A stretch of DNA of 62,523 bases, the filler included, from Dugesia japonica (Eukaryota): the NCBI GenBank assembly GCA_001938525.1. It is 6 parts of 6 records of this genome, joined end to end, with 100 filler letters (N's around TTAATTAATTAA, not from the genome) between each part and the next. Parts side by side here need not be neighbours in the genome. Positions count along the whole stretch, not along the records: positions 20,079 to 31,805 come from MQRL01641762.1; positions 31,906 to 44,037 come from MQRL01622210.1; 4 more parts are not named here. One strand, given 5' to 3'. Each line of letters starts with the position of its first letter. Within the stretch, counting starts at the first letter, position 1. Below the pieces are notes generated by a model, which searched no databases, was not told where the DNA came from, and saw only the letters and a program-made list of their open reading frames with translations. Position numbers and translations under genes: made by a program. Shown piece by piece: positions 26,713-39,432 of this stretch.

Positions 26713-27504
26713 GGTAGATAGTGGCGCACTGTCACAGACTCCCTGCTCCTACGTAAGAGAATTAACTAATCCCAGTGTTTTAGTTGATACTTTTTATGAC
26801 ATCATATTAGGTTTTTAGATAAAAAAAAATATTTTTTATAATATGTGATAATTACCTATGTAACTTTATTGATTTTTTCATACAATCTTTACATAATTGG
26901 TCAAATGTTTGCGGTAATTCTGAGAAAAAGTTCATTTTGCTTAAATTTTCAAACTTAAAAAATATTTTAAATTTCTATAGGATTCCGGGAGAACAACCTA
27001 AGTTTTGGTGATTTTAGATGATAATATTTGTAATTAGCGAAAAATTCCATGTTCAAATTTGAGAATAAAACATTTTTTCGAAAACATTCAAATGTAAAAT
27101 ATTGAAAAAAAACGAAAAATGATTTCCAACAAATTCTCAACAGTTTGGTATAAAAATTTTTGAAATCTGATTATAAAAATATTTTTTGTAATTTTTTTAA
27201 AATTTAAGTTGTTCACCAGGATAGGTGAAAAATAGGATGCCTACAGAAATTTAAAAACAATTTTTAAAAAATTTGAAAATTTTAACAAAATGACCTTTTC
27301 TTCCAAATTTAATTGTAAATTTAACCAATTGTATGAAAAAGTTATNNNNNNNNNNNNNNNNNNNNNNNNNNNNNNNNNNNNNNNNNNNNNNNNATTAAAA
27401 ACACAGGAAAAAATCATTACAGTTACATAATATTACCTAATATTATGTCATAAATTATCCTCTTACAAAAGGAGGAAATCTGTGACAGTGTGCCACTATC
27501 TACC
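26713..27504. mobile_element. Foldback MITE (~790 bp) with TA target duplication
   Basis: TIRs GGTAGATAGTGGCGCACTGTCACAGA and TCTGTGACAGTGTGCCACTATCTACC, with TA on both sides. Inverted similarity continues ~290 bp inward. Confidence 0.88.
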
Positions 27505-27645
27505 TACTTAGATACATGTTTTTGTACTGTTCTTTTTTCTTATAATGCGCATTTTTGTATAGATAACTCACATGTAATCAATGATAAAATACAATAATTA
27601 ATTTTCTAAATGCAAATATTGGGTTAATTAGAATTTATTACTTAC

Positions 27646-27883
27646 GTGACATTAAAGTGACACAACTTGTGGTTTTCGATATCATTTCTAATTTTGAAGA
27701 AGTTGAATAGGAAATTTGAATTGATAAATCGTAATTTGTATTTGGTTCAAGTTCTTGAAGTACGTAGCTATAAAGTGATTGGCCTTCTTTACTAAATAAA
27801 ACTGTTGCTGTTCGTGGAGGAATGTCTTCGATTTTTTTATATCCATTTGTATTTCGATATTTTCGATAACCTGACACTTTTAC
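27646..27883 (-). CDS. Exon of a Lar-type (type IIa) receptor protein tyrosine phosphatase, FN3 region
   Basis: Acceptor ttttatccAG and donor GTAAGT. It encodes VKVSGYRKYRNTNGYKKIEDIPPR...LQELEPNTNYDLSI...CVTLMS, resembling the membrane-proximal FN3 of invertebrate Lar as I recall it. Confidence 0.78.
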
Positions 27884-27937
27884 CTGGATAAAAAAGAAAA
27901 TTTATTTGTAAATATCAATAAATTATAATTTAATTAC

Positions 27938-28321
27938 AATAAAAGACTCTATGTCATTGTAATTTTCTGGTCTCATCCATGTTACCCTAATAGAATCTTT
28001 TTCACCCAAACAATTAAGATTTCTGACATTTCTTTCGTTGGTTTCCGATTTCAGCACTAGTGCAGTTTGAACATTACTCCATTCGGCTGATCGATCATCG
28101 CGAATAATAGATTTCATTCGGATAAAATATTGATTGGGATAAATTTCATTTATAACTGCAGTTGTAAACGGGCCCACAGATTTTTTGAAATTGATAGCGT
28201 CGTCTGAAAAATCTTTATTTGTCGAAACTTGAATATGGAACCCAATCACTTGACTTTGTAAATCAACTATCAAATTGGATTTAGCTGGGAAATCCCAAGA
28301 CACTTTGATTTGATATTCATT
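27938..28321 (-). CDS. Upstream FN3 exon of the same RPTP-like gene (5' end in a gap)
   Basis: IKVSWDFP..YPNQYFIRMKS..EWS and VRNLNC..DSIRVTWMRP. A GTAATT donor and a 54-nt phase-0 intron (27884-27937) join it in frame to the next exon. Confidence 0.82.
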
Positions 28322-29046
28322 NNNNNNNNNNNNNNNNNNNNNNNNNNNNNNNNNNNNNNNNNGAAAATAATATCAAAATAAAAATAATCTGAATACTTTT
28401 ATTAACAAACAACAATTGAAATTTAATTTATATTATTTTATTTAGATTATTGTATCGAATATATGAAAAAGAGAAACTTAAAGATTAAAGATAAAATTTT
28501 TGGTACTTAATAATACTTAATTAATTAATTAGTTTGATTTTTTTGTATAAATAGCTTTTTTATGTAAATGTATTATTTTATTCATTTACTTAATTGTTAT
28601 TCCAAAACCTGATCAAAAATAGATTTAAGATTCAAATTAAATTGGATTTGTATACGACGCAAAAAAATTTGGATATTATTGTTATAAAAGAAAATAATCC
28701 GTTTGTATAATATTTGGTATAGTATATGTTAGTTGGGTTTGGAAAACTCGTCGTATTATCAATAATAAAATCTGAATTCATAACAATACTTTNNNNNNNN
28801 NNNNNNNNNNNNNNNNNNNNNNNNNNNNNNNNNNNNNNNNNNNNNNNNNNNNNNNNNNNNNNNNNNNNNNNNNNNNNNNNNNNNNNNNNNNNNNNNNNNN
28901 NNNNNNNNNNNNNNNNNNNNNNNNNNNNNNNNNNNNNNNNNNNNNNNNNNNNNNNNNNNNNNNNNNNNNNNNNNNNNNNNNNNNNNNNNNNNNNNNNNNN
29001 NNNNNNNNNNNNNNNNNNNNNNNNNNNNNNNNNNNNNNNNNNNNNN

Positions 29047-29228
29047 TTTTAAAATGAAAATTTAAATAAATAATAAATTAAATTATTGAGGAAAAATTTA
29101 AATAAACAAATATTAGTTTATTTAAATTTTTCATCAACAATTTAATCTCTATTTTAGACAGAAAATTTTAAAAAAATAAGATCACCAATCACACAAAAAT
29201 TTCAACTTGCTTTACAAAACTGCTCACA
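29047..29228 (-). mobile_element. 5' end of a solo or 5' LTR of the same Gypsy family as 4151-4523
   Basis: Close reverse complement of ~4151-4310, starting TGTGAGCAG at 29228 with no PPT before it. Confidence 0.85.
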
Positions 29229-31765
29229 GTATACATATGCTCAAATTGATTTATAATGTACCGTTGATTTAAGCTTGCATAAAATTAATTATATATGTTT
29301 GGATTATGTGTGCTTGTATAAAAATTGCATATCAGGTGTGGCCAGACAAGAGCTGAAAATCATAAACACAGAATTCTTCGAGATGCAATTAGAGAAATGT
29401 TTCAATTGTATATTATTTAGAATTCACTTTTATATTTTATTTTAAAAAAATACATACATATTTGCATATTATAAAATTTAATACACACATTAAAACCACT
29501 CATTGAAAATTTTTATTATTTACTGGTAGATCCAGTTATTGTATTTAATTTTTTAAACTAAATTTTTGCAAGACTGATAATATTTTTCTGGCTTTAGATA
29601 GTGCTGCATTGAAAACACAGAATAGTTTCAGTTTGGCAACTATGGTTATATATAAATAATGCGCTTGTCCAATATGTGTGTAAAAAATACGTGCATAACA
29701 TGCTTGTGTAAGAATTGCAAATTATGGTTGTAATAAATGTAGATACATATTCATTCTAATGACAGATTTAATTGATTGTTTTAATTCATTTAAATGAAAG
29801 TATTAACAGTTACACAAATGTCAAATAAATAAAATGTGATTAGGATTAATAAGAAAATACTTATTATTAAAAATGAAGTACTTGATTATTTATCAAAGCA
29901 TTAGTTGCGTAGAATTGAAAAAATATAAAATAAATTTTCTTTATGGTTTCTTTTGTTTGAAATTTACTTAAAAAAATAAAAATATTTTATTATAATTTAG
30001 TAGGAATTACCAATTTTCAAAATAGGCGTTTTAATTTTATTTTCTATTATAATTTTAATTATAAATAAAACAATAAAATATTAGTTAAAATTGAAAATTC
30101 TAGATATTAACTAATTAAAATAGTCCTTGTGGGTATGAAAAATTTGCAGTTCTTTCTATTTGTGATTTTCATTAGAGTGGAAATGTAAAATTATACAAAG
30201 AAATTTTAATTATCATTATAAATGAAATAATTGGCGAATTATTATTGAGATGTGACTCGTTTAATATTGAAGAAAATACCATTATTGTGTGTGCATTAGT
30301 ATATGAGTGTGTTTGGTTTGAAACCAATCAGGATTTAATATGATTAATGAATACATGAATTTCACGTGATCTGTAATTGATTTTATGTTATATCTAATTC
30401 TACAATAGGACTCTTTTGATATAAGTCAAAAAATTGTCTTGAATCTTTCTAAAGTGACTTTTTAATAAAGTATGGAAATGCGACATAACAATATTCAGAT
30501 ATTTAAATTAAATTGATCAATGATGCTAAATTTATTTTTACGTCAAAAGGCATTTCATTAATTTTACACATTAAGATTACATATCAAAGAATTATTAAAG
30601 TTAGAATACATACTCAGTTATTTTAAATAACTTATTAACATGAATTACTTATTTTGAATCACGATATGTCATTGTTTAAAACAATCAAACTGTATTTCGA
30701 CAGTAATAAGTTTTCTAAAGTAATCTAATGGTAACTAGTTGAATTAAACAATTATTTACAGAATTTCATCACAAACTCAATGGGTAAAGAAATTTATACT
30801 TTGGTCCTCCTGACAATACAGGGTTTTCCAGAATATTTAATCATTATAGCAACACTTCATAAGATAGAACGATTATTAAACTAAACAAATGAAAATATAA
30901 TAAAAGTTTCTTTTCCACAATGTTTGAAAGAAAACAAATAACAAACGTAATTCGAGTAAAAATTTGTGCTAAATTTGATATTAGAAAGAGTGGTGCTAAT
31001 ACTGGGGGCTAGGAATGCAATATTGAAAGAAGAAAATCCTATTTATCTGAATTTGTATTGTAGTGCAGTGATCGAAACGTTTTTCATGATGAAAACTGGA
31101 TGAAATTGCCACACGACACACATTTATAATGCAGAGGTTTGGGAGAAACCTCTCCAAAAGACTTATGCTATCGATCCGATCAAAGAATTATTCAATCTCT
31201 GTAGTGATTTTTAGATAAAAACTTTTAATCTTTGAAAATTTTCCGAGTGCTTGTAATGGAACAATGTATAAAATGTTTATTCGTAATGTGTTGTAATAAC
31301 AATAACGAAATTCAAGGAATCTACATGCGCAGAAATTTGCATAAAATAATCAACTACACATTATATAATACAAATGTTTTAGGATTTGAACAATTTCAGA
31401 TTTTTAAAGTTGTTTACAATCTTCAAGACGAGAATTAAAATTAGTGTTATACAGTCTGGCGTGTAATTATAATTTTATTAATTCGTTTAATCTGAACTTC
31501 CAAATATTTTTCTCAAATTGAAAGTGTTAATTTAAAAATGAATATCAAAATTTCAAAATTCTGCAAGATCAGATCAAAGAATAGAAATGTAAGATGCATG
31601 ACATCAACTTCTGCTCCAACCTCGCATTCCTTAGAAATCTTTTTATATACTCTAACCGTCATAACATACAGCTTCAAGGAAAAAAACAAAATCTATGTAG
31701 TCTAAGGCGTATTATCAAAGTGTTAACGCGAAAAATAAATGCATCATCTATAAATTATTTCCTAC

Positions 31766-31805
<40 letters not shown>

Positions 31806-31905
31806 NNNNNNNNNNNNNNNNNNNNNNNNNNNNNNNNNNNNNNNNNNNNTTAATTAATTAANNNNNNNNNNNNNNNNNNNNNNNNNNNNNNNNNNNNNNN
31901 NNNNN

Positions 31906-32826
31906 TAAATAAATAAATCGAAAAAATTAAAACAATTTAATTTTAAAAGAAAATTAAATATTTTGTGAAATATGGAAAATAGGTAACTTCCCATAGTGAA
32001 AAAATCAGCAAATAAGAAAATTATGGTCCAGACAAAATCGGAGATTTCAAAAATGGAGTTAGAAAATCATAACGAGACTCAGAAAAAAGATACAAAGGTT
32101 CGAAGATGGACCAATAAATTTGGAATCCTAAAATAACTACCAATAAAATGAACTCATGTGATGTTCAAGCCAATAGAAACATTAGAAAAATCGTACGATG
32201 TTAAGTAACCAATAAAAAGAACGAGGGTGTAAAAAAAACAGTATAAATACCCTTTCAATTTCAGACAAACACTACTCTTTAAAAATTCTGAAGTGAAAAT
32301 TTATACCCGAATCGAGTCCCGAACAGAAATTTTTAATCAAAATTTTTACTCAACCAAACTTTGGAACGGAATTAATTCAACAGGTATTACCCGTTTTAAA
32401 ATTGATGTTTTGCAACGATTTCCAACTTGATGGATTACGGAAGTTATGGAACCCGAAATGATCAGTATCGTTGTGCAGCTGGGGATTCCAAGTTAATGGT
32501 TAAGTGTTATATAATTGATGGTCATGATAGGTCAAATAATTCACGTGTGCTTGCTCCTGATCGGTATTCAGGTTATATTAGTTATATTACTTGTAATAAT
32601 GATTAAATTTATGTGTAACAAGTGAAAATTTGATATATTTAATATAATTTTCACTGGTTCAATTCTTTTATGTTTTGTTTTTCTTCATTAAATAAAGTCT
32701 TAGATCCTACTAAGGTAATGATTATTAAACTGAAAGTATTAAATAAACTAATTCATAATGTTAAAAATCACGAAAGTACAATTAATTAAGATTAGATTAA
32801 CTAAATAAATAATAATCCAACAATGA
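31906..32826 (+). mobile_element. Long LTR-like repeat, plus-strand copy, bounded by gaps
   Basis: Reverse complement of ~140-850. It has four CCAATA boxes (~32111, 32140, 32170, 32209) followed by GTATAAATAC at ~32241. Confidence 0.65.
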
Positions 32827-33185
32827 TNNNNNNNNNNNNNNNNNNNNNNNNNNNNNNNNNNNNNNNNNNNNNNNNNNNNNNNNNNNNNNNNNNNNNNNNN
32901 NNNNNNACGGACCATAACTAAAGGAGTGCGAGTCTGTACTCGAATTCCAAGTCAAGGCTCCATTCCGAAGATCTGGAATTCTGGGGACACCAGATAAAAT
33001 TCTTAGCGGGGTTTTATTAGGCAAACTACCCTAGACTTATTTCCCACATGAATCAAACCCTAAAAATATTATTAATTTTATTATTATTCAATAAATATTA
33101 TTATTTATGAAGAAAGAAACGGAATTAAGAAGCCAGAGTTATATGTAATGAAAGATAATTAAAAGTTAAATTGGAGTTAAATTAA

Positions 33186-33587
33186 ATGCCGATCCATGAT
33201 ATACAGGACCGATTGCGACAGAAGGATCTCCAACTAAAACATATGAAAGAGCGAATAATTCAACAGGAAGAAACCCTCTGTCAAAAGCAGGCAGGGCTCG
33301 ACAATCTACAGAAGAAGGTTGAACAACGGCTGCCAAAAATCACCAAGTGACAGGAGGAGCGGAAAAAAGAGCTAGTCATATTATTCATACGAAAGACAGA
33401 ATTAGCCAAACAGCAGCAGCGCGTTATCATCAAAATAATGCGATCAACTCAGGTAGAAGCCAAAGAGTATACGAAGCTATCCGAGAGATTGTTAAGCAAG
33501 GTAGAGAAATTTCTACAGCAAGTACTTGCGTCACTGGTACTTGCGCCGATGAGACAAATTTTGTTGAAGAGACAGCTGTGTGATTAA
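33186..33587 (+). pseudogene. Coiled-coil ORF with one premature stop (probable retroelement accessory ORF)
   Basis: MPIHDIQDRLRQKDLQLKHMKERIIQQEETLCQKQAGLDNLQKKVEQRLPKITK*QEERKKEL...; heptad-like and Q/E/K-rich. This frame differs from the ORF-track call. Confidence 0.5.
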
Positions 33588-33874
33588 ATCTTTCTTTGAA
33601 TCGCAATATAGGTTTATGCTTATTATTTTCTTTATTCTCATGAGTTAATAGCAATAATAATATTAACGAGACTGTTGTTGTGAATATTCATGGATAATAT
33701 TACTAATAAGTTCAGAATTATTAAGAAAGATTACTCGTTAATAATATAACATAAATTCGATATCTGATATTTTACACTGACAAACTTAAAGATCTATTAT
33801 TAAAAACCTATATTGAATTGTGCTAACATTATTAACATGGTCGTAAAATAATATAATATCTCTAATTAATTACA

Positions 33875-34171
33875 GTGTCAAACGCAAGGAAATTGTCCGA
33901 TACTTCAATGGCCGACATTCGCAAGAAATGGTGTTCTATGCACAAAAAGGTAAAAAGAGAAATTATAGAATTACAACGGAAAGACGCACTTCTTCGAGAG
34001 AAGAATAATTGCCTTAAAGAAAGAGACCTTGCTCTCTCACAAACTTACCGAACAATGGCTGATATTAACAAAGCGTATGTCGCATTTGTCCGATCATTAA
34101 CGGAGGTATCAAAATCCGAGAAAGAAATAAGTAAAGAAAAAATCAAAGAAGTCATCGATTTGGATGAATAA
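33875..34171 (+). CDS. Small coiled-coil ORF or exon of a repeated family
   Basis: Open 98-codon frame preceded by ttacAG, with a degraded homologue at ~17405-17570. Confidence 0.5.
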   Translation: MSNARKLSDTSMADIRKKWCSMHKKVKREIIELQRKDALLREKNNCLKERDLALSQTYRTMADINKAYVAFVRSLTEVSKSEKEISKEKIKEVIDLDE

Positions 34172-37085
34172 TGAACATTGCATAAAATAAAATTTTGTAA
34201 AGAATATGCTTCGAATTGTTGATTATAACCATGAGCTAATAACGATTAATAACAATTATGAGTCAGGAGCCAATTAAAACCGAAGTTAGAATTACAAGAC
34301 GGGATACAGTATAGTCCCGCTGAATCCAGGAATGGAGGATCGCAATGCAGGAGAAGGTACTGCACAAGTTTCTGTGGTTACTAGACATAAAAGCAAGTTA
34401 GAAAGATGCAACCTCAACCAGGAGAAGAGCAATTCAAATAACATAAAAGCCTAGTAATCCAACATTTGGTTTATTATATAAGATCACTACAGCTTATTTA
34501 TAAATGTTATGGTTTACACGGCACGTGAGGTCTTATCAGATTAAATGCAATTAAATATCTGACTGAGTTCAGATAAGGTGCGTCTCTGTGGATTGATAGT
34601 TAGTTAACAGCGCTGCAAAGTATTGGAGTTTAATATAATAGACTAGATACTACACAGAGCCAGCCTTAGAACGGAGCCAGTAAAGCCATGGGTTGGAACG
34701 CAAAATATATACCAAAAAACTAAATCACAAGATATTAATGTACCATGAGACTTAAATTTTTTTCATAGTAAATTAAAAGTATGGTATGTACATAAAAAAA
34801 TTGACTTAATATGTCATGATGTTTAATCAATATGGTAAATATACGTATGTATATGTACATACAAGAAAAGTAATTACGCGTATTAATCGTAGATAACCTT
34901 AGTAGTCATAACAACCATAAATATTTTTGTAATAATTCCTCAAATAAAATTCAAAAATGATTTTCCAATCAAATGGTTTGGTCACACCGAAATTCTATTG
35001 TTCGCACATCAACTTTTAACATTCGCTATCAAAAGAGTTCGGGATCGAACCCCTTAAAATTTTAAAAGAACTCAATTTTCTCTCAAAATTGTCAGCAACT
35101 TCTAAAAATCTCACGGGCAAAATATTTTATGTTCAAATTAATTATTTCATCTAAATTTAATTATTCAAATTTTTAATAATTTTTTTTAACAACCTTTTAA
35201 TCTACAAAATTATTTTCGCATTATTTCGAAGATTTGTGGTGTTTAGACTATATTTTTACATTTTGTATTTATTATCAAACTATCTTTCTCTTTTAGATAC
35301 ACCCGTATGATAACGCATCAATTTTAAATTGTTTGTTTTGTTATTTATATTGATTTTAATTTTTACAATTTTATTTACAGTATTATATACATTTAAATTT
35401 TACAATTTGATCTGTTTTAATTTATTTTGAGCAATTGGGATTTCAAATTCCTATTTTTATTTTGTTTTATTTTTCTCAACTAAACAACAACATTTATCAT
35501 TATATTTTTGGACTATTGTTAATTTAAGCTCAACTCACGCAATGTTGATTTAGTTTCGCTATAAACCAGAAATCTTCTCAACAAAATTAGTGCATTTATC
35601 AAATGAAATAAATCTAAAATTAATAAAATATATTTAAGAGTTCAGCACTAAAATTAAGAGTTAAAACGAAACCTGGCATTTTTTTGAGCAATTATGAGTT
35701 TTCGGAGTTGAAAAGAAACTCAGGGTAATAAAAGTTTTTAAAGTTAAATAAACGTTTTTGAAGTTGAAACGAAACTTCATTTTAGTAAGAGGTCTGATTT
35801 TGATATATTAGTTAAAGTTAAGGCAAAGAGAATATTCTGAGACAAAATAAAAATCAAACAAAAATTTAAAATTTTTAAATAGAAATAAACCTAATGTATG
35901 ATAAATTTTGAATTAATTCCGACCCTGCTAAAAAATTTAATTTTTGGGAATTCCAGACCTTCAAAAAAAATCTTTGAAATCATAATCATAAGAATGAGAG
36001 ACAGAAATAAAATAAATGTGTTACACATAAATGCATACACCGGCAAACCAGAGTAATTTGCTGAGAATTTGAAATTATTGCGCAATAGCTTGCGAATGGA
36101 CTAATGAGGAATCAATTAAATAATTACTTCTGTATCTAAAAGACTTCGCTTTACAAAGTTATAAAAATTTAAAGGAGCCAAGGAGGAATGAAAACCACCA
36201 AATAGCAGAAGAAAACCAGTAAATTAGAGTGAAAACCTGCAAATAGTGGAAGAAAACCAGTAGAGAGTGAAGACCATTAAAAAAGAGTGAAGATAAATGA
36301 AGCTCGGGAAAACCATTGATNACTGAACACTAGTGCACAGTAAACAGAACATTGATGACTGAAGACCAATGTATAGTGGGAAAACTAATAATTGAGAGAA
36401 AAGATCAATAAATAGTAAATTATCATCTAAATAAGCCAAAACCAGTTAAAAAGTAGACTTGATTCGAATTTACTTAAAACAGACTTCACTGAGTAAAATC
36501 AATAACTTATTTTTATTATTTTTTATGTTCCTTGGGTCAGACTATCAAATAAAGTATATGTTTTCCTATATAACATTTTATCTATAAGATTTGTCGATTT
36601 TAGGTTTACATATTCTTACTCAATGTAGAATTTCCTATACAATTCAAATTTGAATTACTTTTCTTTTTATAATTATAATTTTTGAATTTTAATCAATTAT
36701 TAAGAAATAAAAAATTTAAAGTTTTTTAAAAGTAATTTGCTTTGACAATTTTTACCGTATATATTTTTAATCAGTGAAATTGCTCTATCGAATAGTACAT
36801 GGATTATTAAATTTAGATGAAAATCATTAAAAATAATTTTTTATGTGTCAGTTAAGCCTCTTCGGGATTTTTTGATCAGATTTTTTCAAACTTTCAATGT
36901 CAAAAGTAGGTTGGCTGATTTTAGTTAATTTTTCTTCTTGATCAGCGAAAAATTCTCATTTGAATAGACACTTAAATGTTTAAATTTGAGTTACTTTTGA
37001 TTTTTTTGTAAAGAGTAACCAAAGCCAAGAGAACAGCTGTATATCTTCATTAGAAAGCATTTTTCCCGAGATGATATGTAAACTT

Positions 37086-39432
37086 TGGTAACCGAAAAGA
37101 ACAGAACAAGGAAAGAGCAACATGAAAAAACAGAAAAGAAAAAAAACAGAACATGGAAGAAACAGAACACTGTAGAAACAGAACATGGAAAAACAGAACA
37201 TGTAATAAACAGAACTATTTAAAAAAGAAGAACTCATATTTAGATTTAAATAAGGTATGACGTAAATTATGGAATTTAAAGTATTTTATTTTATTATTTT
37301 GCATGTGTTCTATTGCTTTTATTCCATATGTACAGAATAGAATATTGCGCACATGGAAAATTGCTCAAAGTTTAATTTATTAATTTAGAAAATTATTAAA
37401 TATGGAAAATACCAATGAAAAATTATTTGAATTAAAGACTTTGTTGTTAATATAGTTTAAAGAATTTTTGTTTATTTTATAATTTAAATTTAACAAATGA
37501 CCAATTTCCTATATCTTAAATTCTTTTTTTACAATTATAATTATAATTCTAAAATTTTTAAACAGAAAAATTCAGAAATTATAAAAATTCAATTTATTTT
37601 CAATTCAATAATAGCCATTATGACATTAAAGAAATGCGCTTCACTTTTATTTATTTCCATGTTAAAACTATGAAACAATTGAAATAATATTTTTCTCTAT
37701 ATATTTTAATATTTTATATGTACAGAAAAAGATTAAAATTCTAATCACATCAAATTAATCGAAAAACAAAATAAACAGAATGAAAATCGAAAAAACAAAA
37801 AATAAAATATAACATTAACTTGTTGTGCCAATTTAGTAATTAAATTAGTAATTATATTAGTAATTAAAACTAAATCCAATATTTAAAACTATTGTCATTA
37901 AAAATGAATAATGAATAAGAACAATAATTGATGTAGAAACTTTGATACTTGTAGCTTCTTTTGCATAAGAATAAGCAGTTAAAAATATTAGAAAAATTCA
38001 AAAGATACTAATAATATTTAATACATGAACTTTTTAAATTTAGAACTAAAATCAAAGTTTGGTATTTATTTGAAAAGTTATATTTGATAATTGATATTAT
38101 TTTACATGACACAGGCAGTGATGATCCCGATAGAATTCTAGTAATTAGAAGTGTAGATTTGCTTAAAGAATTAAACAAAGAGGTTATTTTAGGAGATGGA
38201 ACTTTTGATAAAGCACCAAACATTTTTTACCAACTTTATACATGGAACCATTAAGTTTTAAATTCATTTCCATACTGTGTTTATTTTCTTTTAAAAAAGA
38301 AGAATTTTGAAACATACAATCGAATGTTTGCTATTCTGCAACAATTAATACCGAATATGGCACCAGATAAAGTTCTTTTGGATTTTAAAAAAGCCTGTAT
38401 GTCTGCTGCTCAGTTCGCTTTCACACTGGCAGAAGTAAACGGATGTTATTTCTCCCTTACTCAAAATTTAATTAGAAAAATTAACAAAGTTGGCTTGAAA
38501 AGTGTGTTTGAATCGGACATTAACATGAGACTAAAACTAGAATCTCTTTCCGCTCTATCATTTGTTCCATTAGAAGATGTAAGAAATATATTTGCTGAAC
38601 TTGTTGCGACATTCCCAAATGATGAGAATTATAATGAAATTATCACTTATTTTTTTCAACTTATATCGAAGGAGCTGCAGGAAGATTACCTCAATTTCTC
38701 ATTATGATTTGAAACCACCATGAAGTTGTTTTCAAAAAATGTCCAAAAACTACAAACTGTTGTGAAGGTTTTTATAATGCATTGAATTCTATGTTTCACT
38801 GTAGTCATCTCAGTATATAGAATTTATAAAATGGTTTAAGACGAGATATAGCTTGCCAGCAATTATTATTAGCAAATGCTGATGCAGGTTCCTCAGAAAT
38901 AAGAATTTAAAATATGAAACACTCAGTAACCAAGTGGCAATAGTTGTGTAAAGGTATCAATATGAAAAAAACAAGATAGAGTTTTTACGCTGAATGGTCA
39001 ATCTTCAATAAATTATTGATCTTATTCATTATTAATTTTGAATGACCATAGTCTTATACATTGGATTTAGTTTTAATTACTAAATTGGCATAAAAAGTTA
39101 ATGCTACATTCTATTTTTTGTTTTTTTTGATTTTTATTCTGTTTACTTTGTTTTTCGATTAGTTTGATGTGATTTTAATTTTAATCCCTTTCTCTATTTT
39201 GTACCTATGGCATAACAGCAATAGAAAACATGCAAAATAATAAAAAATAAAATAATTTAAATGCCATAATTTACGTCATACCTTATTTAAATATAAATAT
39301 GAGTTCTTGTTTTTTAATAGTTATGTTTATTCCATGTTCTGTTATTTCTGTGTTCGGTTTTTTTCCTGTTCTGTTTTTTCATGTTGTACTTTCCTTGTTC
39401 TGTTTTTTCTTGTTCTATTTTTACATAGAACC
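37086..39432 (+). mobile_element. MULE with long TIRs, internally deleted transposase and a nested insertion
   Basis: TIRs of ~370 bp rich in AACAGAAC repeats (37086-37340 plus 37720-37880 versus 39060-39432). Transposase motifs GDGTFDKAPNIFYQLYT, DKVLLDF, GCYF and PKTTNCCEGF at ~38100-39000. Confidence 0.92.

Noticed and set aside
35030-35056. GGTTCGATCCC B-box on the minus strand, suggesting a tRNA or SINE
   Set aside because: No A-box, cloverleaf or acceptor stem around it.
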